A DNA stretch of 64,000 bases, taken from the NCBI GenBank assembly GCA_951406725.2, contig OX597827.1, forward strand, positions 52,948,001 to 53,012,000, read 5' to 3'. The notes below the pieces were generated by a model. It worked only from the letters and a program-made list of their open reading frames with translations, was not told where the DNA came from and searched no databases. Made by a program: the position numbers and the translations under genes. Below, piece after piece: positions 50,901 to 62,400 of the stretch (positions within the stretch are counted from its first letter, which is position 1; the number at the start of each line of letters is the position of its first letter). This DNA is from Octopus vulgaris (Eukaryota).

Positions 50901-51727
50901 TAATTTTCTAAATTTAGCAATTTTTGCTTTTTATACATTGCTAATTCTGTTGAGTAATTCACAAATGTCGTGACATGTATATTGTCAGATTAAATACTTG
51001 GAAGTATTTAGCTTTGTTTCCCTAAGTTCTGAGTTCAAATCTTACTGAGGTCAACTTTGCTTTACATTCCTTGAAGGGATTAATAAATGCTAAACACATT
51101 CTGTGTCAATTTAATCAATTATATCTCTTCCTTGCAATTGAATATCTTTTTACTTAGGTAACAAACCGCATCTGCATTATCATTGCTATCAATAAGATGG
51201 TAAGCTGGCTGAATTGTTAACATCCTGGGCAAAATGCTTAGTGACATTTCCTCCTGCTTTTTGTTCAAATTCCGCCAAGGTTGACTTTGCCTTTCATCCT
51301 TGTGAAGTTGTAAAATAAGTACCTGTTGAGCATTGAGGTTGTTAATGCAATCAACTAGCTCTCACTCACCACCAAAGTATTATCATCATCATCATCATCA
51401 TTATTATTGATATTATTATTATTATTATCATTATTATTATCTTTTTTTTTCAGGCAGTTGAACAGTTGTATGTAAACTCTGTGGTTAATGAGAAATCTTT
51501 AGAACTTCTCGAAATGGTTGTGAAAAAAGTCAGTTCTGTATCTTCTATCAGTAACAACCATGCACTTCTTTTGGTGCATGGTAAGCTCCTCTCTCTTTAT
51601 TCTAGGTATGTTTTTTTTTCACACTTTTTTATTTTGAAACATATTTTTTAATATATATTTTTCATGCTGGTATAAGTGAAATGGTTTTCTTTACTTTTAT
51701 TTTTAATTTTGAAAATTCAGATTTGGA

Positions 51728-51778
<51 letters not shown>

Positions 51779-54700
51779 TAATATAGGATGAAGTTTTTTT
51801 TACAGAAAAAAATTTCATCAGAAAATGTGGCAGCATATTAAAATACCTTTTAAGATTAGAATTATAAACAACTTATAAATAAGGGTTAAAGAAAATTATT
51901 TCTATGCCAATATGTTGATAACAGACTTTTAAATCGTTGACCAGCTTTCCTCGATTTCAGCTCTACGCATTTCCTGTAGCGAGTAAATAATATGTTGAAA
52001 TTGACGATTTAAAAGTCTGTTATCAGCATATTGGCATAGAAATAATTTTCTTTAGCTCTTATATATAAGTTTTATATATATATATATATATATTACTGAA
52101 TTTCTTGTCTTACTGTTAATCTCTCAATCAGAAAGTAGGTAGACTGAGATAACCAGAGTAATATAATTTCTATGATAGTTACTATGGTTGTAGCAGTGAT
52201 GTACTATAGAGCATCAGCTGTATTGATCACATTGATTTTTAAGGACCTGTGAAGGGGCACAGCTCCATCTTCTACATCAAGCAATTTAAAAATAGAAATG
52301 TTATTTCCTTAGCTGTTATGATATGCTAACTTATACATAGTGCAACATGTGGCTGTGCAATTTGTGGCTCAGTATCTTATCTTATAGAGACACTTGGCAT
52401 TTATCTACTCTCAGTAACTGTTTTTGTTACCTTTTTATGCCGTACATTCTGAAACCAAATAATCTTATGCTCAATTTCACACAACCAAAGACGTGTATGT
52501 CATAATGTATACCAGTGTTATGTAATAATAGGTTCTATAGAGGATAGTGTCATAGTCAGGCATATTATGCCCATTTTGCTGTGTTCCACTTGAGCTTTTA
52601 GAGTCACAAAAGATTATAATATCCATTGCTTAACTCCATGTGGAAGACTTTTTGATTTTGTTTAGGCTAAGCTTTGAAGATTAGTTAGGGCAGCCAAAAA
52701 GAAGTGTATGTTTTACCTAATGACTAGCAAACATTGAAAGATTAAAGCCCATGTTTTGTTTATTCCAACAGCAACAGTGCTTATGAGTTACAGTCAGCCG
52801 ATATCCTCACTATTATTCTTCTAGCATGTGTTCAATATCCTTACAATTCTGAACTACGAGCTGACAATTTGCTAAGAAAACCTCAACCAGAACAACAACA
52901 ACCACAACCATCATCATCATCACATAGGCAAGAAGGGGAAGTACAACAAAGTGAGCAACAACAGCCGTCACCACAGCAACAAAAACAAGAACAAAGTGAA
53001 TGTCAACAGCCATCATCACAACAAGAAGTTGAAGAACAACAAAGCAAGCAACAACAACAGCAATCATTACAGCAACACAAAGATGAAGAACAACAAAGTG
53101 AGCAGCAACAGCAACCATTACAGCAACAAGAAAATGAAGAACACCAAAGCAAGCGACATGATGAACAAAAGCATTCACTACAGCAACAAGATGAACAACA
53201 GCAATCACCACAGCAACAAGACGAACAAGGAAGTGAGCAACGTCAGCAACCATTGTCACCACAGCAACAAGAAAATGAAGAACAGCAAAGTGAACAACAG
53301 CAACAGCATCCAGTAAAACAAAAAAGTGAGGACAATTTGCAATCAGCTTCACCACATGTTAGTCAAGAAACTGAGGTGATAGAAACTTCTAGAACTCTTA
53401 GTGTTGTATCAGATGGTAGTCAATCCCTTGGTTGTGACTCTGTTGACAATACAACTACTGATCAAAGCAAAGATGTTCAAAAGGTTTGTTCTTAAAATCT
53501 GTATATTTTTGTAATTGTCATTTTTTGCATAATTACTCTTAGAGATTTTCCCCTTAGATATCAGATACTGTTTATTTGCAAAGGAGAGGATGGTATAAGT
53601 TATTGGATCTAATACTCAGTAGTAGTGGTAGTAGTATGGGGGAATGTGCTGTAACAGTGTGTTGCTGCATCCACCATTTGTTGGTGATTCCCTACTCTTG
53701 GTAAATGACATTTTTGCACCACTCAGGTGATAACCCTCCAACCCTTGTTTTTGGGTAGTCATTGTTGGTGATGGTTTTATGAAGTTACCTTTTAGTTACC
53801 TTTTATGACATGCAGAGGAAACATTCTTGACAAGCTCATCCACACACAATATTACTGTTATTTATTATGACATGTGAGAACAAAAGAATGAAATATTTGA
53901 TTAAATTGCTCCTTGTTTAGTTCTATGCCTTTACATTCTAAATTGAAATCTAACATAGGTTAATTCTGCTTTTTCATACTGTATACCGCAAGCCAACCTT
54001 AGCTGAACGATACCTCAACTTCAATTCCTACCATCCATACAGTGTAAAGAGAGGGATTGCTCAGTACCTAAAACATCGAGCAAAGAATATAAGTAGTGAT
54101 CGTAATATTCACCACAAAGAAATGATCAAGCTCAATAACAATCTATTAAGCAACAACTACTCCAAAAACATACTATCCATTCCAATTATGAAGAAAAGAG
54201 ATGATGAAACCAATAAACTGTCCACAGTCTGCCTACTCTATGTGAAAGGCCTCTCCAAAAAGATACAAAAGATATGCAGCCCATATGACATCAGGACAGT
54301 ATTCAAGAGTAATACAACACTTTGCAAATATCTCCTTCAAGTAAAACCACCAATAGAAGAGAATACGACCAAAGACTGCGTGTATACATCCCATGCAGCT
54401 GTGGTAGGTTATACAAAGGTGAAACATGCTGCCCCCTCAAAATAAGGGTAGATGAACATCACGAAGCTATGACACGAGGAGATATTGATAAATTGGGTAT
54501 AGCTGATCACACATGGGAAAATGGAGACCACCTCCCCCTGTGGGATGAAGTTAAAATAATAGACAGAGAACACCACTGGAAAATACAAAAACCAAGAGAA
54601 GTAGCACATATGCTAGGACACAACAACCTCCTAAGCAGACTGAGTGCAGATATGAGTAACATATGGAAACCGGTATTAAGGAAGGATAGGAAAATAGATT

Positions 54701-57700
54701 TACAAGCCTTAAAATTCACTCCATACTTGCCCACGGGCATATGGTGTAGTGGTTAAGAGCATGGGCTACTAACCCCAAGATTCTGAGTTTGATTCCAGGC
54801 AGTGAACTCCTCCTCCTCATCATCATCGTTTAACGTCCGCTTTCCACGCTAGCATGGGTTGGACGGTTCAACTGGGGTCTGGGAAGCCAGGAGGCTGCAC
54901 CAGGCAGCCTGAATGAACTGAATAATAATAATGATAATAATGATAATAATAATGATAATATTGAAAAATACCTTATGAATGAGAATCCAGGTTTGAAATT
55001 TTCCCAAGACACCTGATGAAGGCTGGAAGGTATATCAGCCAAAATGTTGTGTCAACTACAAACAAGATGAGGACAAATATCTGTAATAATGTAATAATAC
55101 AAATAGTGTAATAGTAAATAATTGTCAGATGATGGTAGTAATAATGACTGAGGTAGGTACCTTACATAAAAATGTTTCGGAATTTTTGGTGACTTAAGTA
55201 GTAGTGGTACCAGTATTGTGCTGTGCTTGGCTAACTGTCTTGCAATATTCAGTTTGCTCCCCATATTTTCTGAGTTCAGATCTCCAAAATCCATAAAATA
55301 ACTGCTCATTACTACCAGTTATGTACTGGAATTGATTCAGTTAACAATTTTTACTCCCTGACAAATTTACTGTTGGAAGAAATCATTATTATCTTACAAA
55401 TTTGCAGAGTTTTGGAACCCATGAAGCATCATGTAGTTGCTCAGAAGATCTTGACAACTGTGAAGTATCATCAGCAGATTTGCTAGCCGTCTCTAGTAGA
55501 AACATCTCTGATAGTAAGCTTTCTCTATTTTCTTTATCATTTTCATTATTATATTACATTTGATTCTCATACTTGTATAGGATGATTATTATGGCTGTTT
55601 GTTCTTTTCTATTGCCAACCATTTTACAGCATGAGTAGATGCATTTTGTTGTGCCATTGACTCTAAAGGTCATCTTTCAGGATTAAAGTGTCTCTCTTTC
55701 TATTTTTTTAAAAAATAAGTTTCTGCTCTTCTTGACAGTCTATTTTAACTTCAGCTTATGTAATGTATATCTCCTCTGCGCAATTCAGACAGAACCCTTT
55801 TTAAATACTCATTATTATGTCTCATCACTATGTAAGGAGTGATTTAGTTACCAAAGGTGGGTATACAGTATATTGAAAATACCCGACAGAAAGTGGAGAG
55901 CCAGACAAAATGCTGCTAAGCATTTTGTCCAACACACAACGTGTTACTTTAATCTGTTTCTTATTTCAAATATGCGATTATGTGTGCCTGTGTTTTTGAC
56001 ATGTTTTGTGTGATTGTGCTATAGAAAATTTGACTTTGTTATCTTTGTTCTAGCATCTTCAGCTAAAAGTTAAAGATAAATCAACATTTCCAGCATGCTA
56101 GACTTGTCATACTTTAACTTGCTATATTTGGATGTCAAAGAAAGTATGGCTCCTCCATCATCCAGTTAGATATCCAACAAATTAATTTTGTCTTGTAAAT
56201 TTATCTGTCTGTTTATATATCTATCTAGCTGATTTGCTCCATGTTATGTCCATATATCAATATATCTTTTTGGTATGTCTATATGCTAACAGACCCATCT
56301 ATCATATATCCATTTTCTGTGTAGATGTACAGCATAGTAGCAGCAGTATTGAAGAGGATAATGAAAATATCAGTTCTCAGAGTACTTCTTATAATATCAA
56401 CAAAGCAAATATTGAGGTAGGTATGTGCACTTTGTTTTTACTCTGATACATTTGTATGCAATATCGTCAAAATGATATGGGGAAATATTTTTGAACTATT
56501 TACTCATTTTCTTTAATGATTCAATTTTACTTGCATTGCTAATGTTCCTGAACACAATTTTTTTTATCTCTTCTAGAATTCTGAAACCTTGCATCATTCT
56601 TGCTTATCCTCTAGACTTCATCAAATATCTTTAATATCATTTTCTTGACATGAATTGAAGACAATAAACTAAAGTAAGGAAAAGAGCTCTCTAGTTTACT
56701 AACAATATATTAAGCTAGTTAAGGAGTATTTATGTAGTTGCTTAACATATTAGAAATAGCAGCCAAATCTCTCTCAAACTAATATCTTGATGTCTCATAA
56801 AAATATGTTGGATAATGATGTATGGGATTCCTTATTCCAGAAGAAAATATGGCATGGTTATGGCTAGAATGGTCTTTGATCATAGGTCTGCCTTCATTTA
56901 AGAAACTGACTCAGGGCTAGGCAACAACAACAACAACCATAAACTTCTACAGTAGGACACTTCAACCTAAAATAGGTTGCATACACACGTTGTCTCTAAA
57001 CTGTCTACAGCAACAAGTCATGGACATTAGAATATTTTGATAAGTGAGAAGCACAATTTATGTGTGTTATCAACTCTCATCCACACAGTTCCTGTGACTA
57101 CTTACCCAATCACTCATAAACATCCTAACGTAATAGCACAATACTATTCTATGTCATTTCTATCTAATCTGAACAAATACAAAAGCACACATAACCAAAA
57201 TATCTGCATTATTATTAGCCATATTATATTCTAACTCTGTGCTGCACCACTACTGACTCCCTTTTTGTGAATCCTGAAGAAACAATGCTTTCACACTAAA
57301 CCCACTTTGCTCATCTTTACTGTGGCAAAATTAACACAGTATGACCTAAAGACTACTCTACACTTCACTCAATCAAGTACTGCATGGTAGAGTATGCTGC
57401 ATAATTGCATAGTCACAAGTCGATTGAAATATGACATACCTTGAATGGAAAAATCTTATGGCTGACTCCAACTGCCTAATTTTCTTCCTCTGTGCACATC
57501 TCAATTGAAACAGAACTGACAACAACTCAATTACCCACAAAATATTAGTGTAACCATAAGCATCTAGTAAAGTTTCTAAATTCAGTTCTCAGTGTAATAA
57601 TTCCCCATTTGAATAAATAGATAATACATGTTTATGAAGGTGACCAAAAAGGAATATTGAGGGTATCTTTTGTATTTACTTCTTTCAGTCATTAAACTGC

Positions 57701-59300
57701 AGCTATGCTGGGGAAGGGTATTAAACATTTTAATACTTCTTATTATATGCATACATCATGCAGTTGCATTTGTCTGATAAAATTTTCCCTTCAAGAAATG
57801 CTGAGAGTGAAAAGTAACACTGTTTTGCTACTGATAATATGACATTTTCATTTCTTATCAGAGTATCAAATTAACATAGCGTATATTGAAAGATCAGCAC
57901 AACTTTATGGAGCTGTGGATGTACTGGATTGTTACCTTCTGCATGTGTGTCTCTTTTAGTGACATCCAAACTTTATTTCTTCCTCTGGATGTGTCAGTCC
58001 TGCACAAAAATTGATGAACACAGGAGAAGCACTGCAAAACAAAGACAATTCATGTGGTAGTACAACTTTCTTTGGTGACACCAGTCAACAGACTGATGCC
58101 TGAGGGTCACATCAAGTGATTTCTAGTGGCAGAAGTCTGAACTACCACAGGCTTGTCTCACAGAACATTTCTGGTTACTTTTGAATACCTCCTCATATGC
58201 AGATAAATTTGTTTTACCTTTATAACACAATACAAACCTCTGAACCATTACAGTACTTATTAAGTCCAATTAATTCTGCTTAGTTGTCTATCAAATAATA
58301 CATTTTTTTATTGTTTCAGGAATTTTTATGAAAACTATCATGAAATTTATAACAAGACAAAACCATTAAATTAGTTCTTTTTAAATTAACGCTTTCTTTT
58401 TATCTTTCTAGGCAAGCACTGAACCCAAACTAGCTTCTAGTGGTGCCAAGAAACAATCAAGGAAACATACTGGAACCACTGAATCCAGCAGTCAGTCTAC
58501 AAGTTCTAAATCAAAACCATTTCACACTTCCATAAAACCAATTCCTGTGTGTTTACATACCTCTGCATGTTTGTTTACGCCACATCAATTATTCTGTATA
58601 GAAGTGATTCCTGGCATTGTCTTGGTTATTGTTTTAGAGGTAAGCTGTTATCTATGCCATGTAAATAGAGGATTGGTCATATTTCTGTTACTTTTAAAAT
58701 ATAATTCATCAAATTTATTTATTTTTTTAATTATATTTGAATCTTTTCATGTCTTTCAATTTGACTCAAACTGCAAGTGATTTTACTTGATTTTCAGAAA
58801 CATTTGAGAAAATTTTTCATTTGTCAATATTTTAGATGCTACTTCTTCTTGTAAGAAGCTGTGGGCTTTTACGGCTTCTTCTTAGGGGTGTTACCTTTAT
58901 CATTTTCATTATTACCAGTGCAATTATCTGTATTTTCTGCTTCCTTATAATGGATTCACAGTAAAGAACTTGAATTCACAAAGTTTTCATAATAAAATTT
59001 GTAAAAGTAAGCAATGTTGAAACACCAAATTGACTGCAAATGAAATTGATACATCGATGTGAGGGGGGAGACTATATTATATAATTATCTTACATTACTC
59101 ATAGTACCCATCATCCAGTTCTCCTTTACATAATAAACAAGAATATTAATGTGTATCAGAAGAAAGAAACCTTTTACTTGTTTCAATCATTAGACTGTGG
59201 CCATGCTGGGGCACAAGCATGAAGAACATTTAGTTCAATGAGTCAACCCCCAGTACTTATTGTCAAGCAGTGGTGGGGAGGACACACACACACAGACATG

Positions 59301-59369
<69 letters not shown>

Positions 59370-59378
59370 ATATATACA

Positions 59379-59421
<43 letters not shown>

Positions 59422-62400
59422 CAAAATGGGACAAGAAGAATGCAAAACATCTGGACAACTAGGTGATACAAAAAGGGACAACAAAACATCCAGGGAAAGA
59501 ATAAGATGGTATAAGCAATGACGTAAAGAGAAATAGAAGGTTAAATCACCAGAGTAAGCAAGGGAGCAGCAGCGTAGAGGGGAATACAATGAGTATTTAC
59601 AACAAAGAATGTATTCCAGATAGAATAGAAAATGAAAATGAGAGAGAACGAAAAAAAAAAAAAACTGCAAATATATGTGAAACTCTTAGATTTATAAATG
59701 AACCTCTGAACTACTGAGAGAATGGGAAAGTCATGCTCCATCAGCCTTATCCAGAAAAACTGAAATATTTTTTAAATGAAAATTATGCTGAATATACAAT
59801 TTCAAAAGAAACACTAATTTTTATGGTTCTATATAAACTGCCAACCATCTAAAACATTTTTCAGTTTACCAAGGCATTTCCACAAGTACTGCTAGTTTTA
59901 TATCAATATAATAACTTTGGTTGCTCGTTGGGTAGTCATGATAGAGTTAGAACATGCTGAGAGGCACAGAGACCTTTGGAGATGAGGAAGAGATGAACGA
60001 TGTTTGGTCCATCAGTCAGAGATATGTATAGGGGATAAAATTAATTGTTGTAAAGAGTTAATGCTTACAAAATATTTGATATTTGTATTAGCAACATCAA
60101 TGTGTGATGCGTACAAAAGCCAAGAACATTGGAGTCACCATAGATGATGACTTCAGAGAAAGGTTTTTTTAAAGAGATCACATAACTATTGGCTGTGTTC
60201 TAATTTCCAGCAATGCCATTCAAGTCAATCTGGTTTAATCTGCCAACTACATGATCTCCTCAATGATATTACTTCTGGGAGCAGCAGAGGAGAACGACTT
60301 GTCCGAGGGGATTGCCAGTATACATTTGATGTTCTGGATATGTTGTTAAAGAAAGTCACTGGTTCCCGTGCAGGTCACAATGTGAGTAAAATTATTCTTT
60401 CTTTCTTTTTTTTCTTTTTCTCTTTCTTTCTTTCTTTCTTTCTTTTTTAAATGTTATGTTACAATATATTTATTTTAAGAATTTAAGAACTTATGGTTGT
60501 GGCATCGTTGTAGCTAAGGTTCTGGATTACTTGTTCAAATGCCATTCCATTTGTTTGACTTTATTTATCTTAGAACACCATGTACAAAATTAGCTTCACT
60601 GAGTAGTAGTAGTTACCATTAGGAGGGTGACATGCTTCAACAATCTTGGTCAGCAGCTAAAATATATTTAAGATGAAAACAGTTGTACTCTGTCTCCCGC
60701 AAGATCATCCTCCCAGGGCTTTACTCTCATTCAACGCAGCAGCTGTGAGCTGGAAAAGGCCTTGTGGCAGACACCACACCAGATGGCTGGACGTGTTTGG
60801 GGAAGATGTCCAGAGGCTCAACATCACCTTGAAGGGTGCAGAGGGGCTGGTACATGACCACCATGATGAAGAGTTCTGGTGGATCTGGTCAGCTGATGAT
60901 GTCCCTAGAATCACCAACCCGAGATGACCCTAGCCCCATAAAGCAAAAGCAAGCAAAGCAAAGATTACAAAATTCACTCTCATTTTTATTTTTAAAGATT
61001 AGTTGAAATCTTTCAGTTATAATTATACTTCTTTTAGATTATTTTTTCTGCGTTTATGAAACTTGATTTTTTTCTCATTTACATAAGAAATATTAGTATT
61101 TTCTATAACAAGGTTGCTGTTACAGTCCAACCATAACACAAACAACTTTCAAATCACTACAAATTTGTCATCTATAATTGTCGTAATTTATAGATATTAG
61201 ATTCAAGTTTTGGCACAAGGCCAGCAATTTCAGGAGAGAGGTTAAGTCAGTTACTGGTACTTATTTTATCAACCCTGAAAGGATGAAAAGCAAAGTTGAC
61301 AATAGTTGAACTTGAACTCAGAACATAAAGACAGATGAAATGCTGCCAAGCATTTTGCCCTGCATGCTAATGATTCTGCCTGCTCACCATCTTATAATTT
61401 ATAGATATGGAAAGTTGCTTAATGTTGTTATACATTTCTTTCATAAAGATTTAATATGGCATGGGGATTGATAGCAACAATTTTTTGCATACCAAAACCA
61501 CTTCAAGTTTTGAAGAGTAAATAAATAGCATCCATTTAGTTTAAGGCTTCAATGAGACCTTCAATAATATTGTATGCAAGCAATTTACTATCATTTATAA
61601 AGAAAGGTGAAATACTTTAATGATCGGTACAAAACAAATTACTGACACCATTTGTAAGCAAATTACATTGTTTTTAGCTTTGAGCCTATGGGGTTGCGCT
61701 GAAAAATTCATAGACTGACTATGAAAGAATGCTGCTAGAGCTGTGAAATCTTGTATGCATTAATTTCAGCCCTTCTTATCAATAACTGCATTCTTTCTCT
61801 CCAGTTAAACTGACATCATCTGTATGTTCAAAGAAGACTTCAAAAGTAACTAGTCGTGACTTCTCTTGAAAATGGACAAAGTTTGGCATTATAGTGTTAG
61901 CAAGTACCTGCAGAAAAAAGTTTAGCCCCCAAGGACATTCATGCTAACATCATTGCTACATTAGGGGATGACACTTCAGTTTTATCAACAGTGCAAAAGT
62001 AAGCAGCTGAACTTAGGAGGGGAAGGCAAAGTCTTGAAGACAACTCCAGCTCTGAACGTCCTGTAACTGCTACCACCAAGGAAAACATTGTGTTCTCCAC
62101 ATCGGGATGCTATTGACAATAAATTGATTATAAATTGATAAGCAAATGGCTATAAATCAACTGCCCAGTGGTATTAACATATCCTGTGAGAGGGTTAATA
62201 ATAATCTGCACCATGAACTTGGCATGACATAGTTTGAGGCAGATCTAGCTGGATGACTGTTGGGTTCATCACTTTGAGCCAGAGACAAAAAGACAATCCA
62301 TGCAGTGGGAACATCCCTCCTTATCTGCTCCAAAGAAGGCTATGGTAATTTCATCTGTAGAGTAGGTGTTGGCCTCAGTTTTTTTGGATGCAAAAGGTTT

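Noticed and set aside
52813-53355. Overlapping Val-rich antisense ORF and Asn-rich alternative-frame ORF over HPS1 exon 6
   Set aside because: This is an expected by-product of a CAA/CAG-rich, T-poor repeat. Only the Q-rich frame is continuous with conserved HPS1 motifs.
58320-58375. Acceptor-like tttcag just upstream of HPS1 exon 9
   Set aside because: A stop codon follows at the fourth codon in the required phase, and there is no donor.
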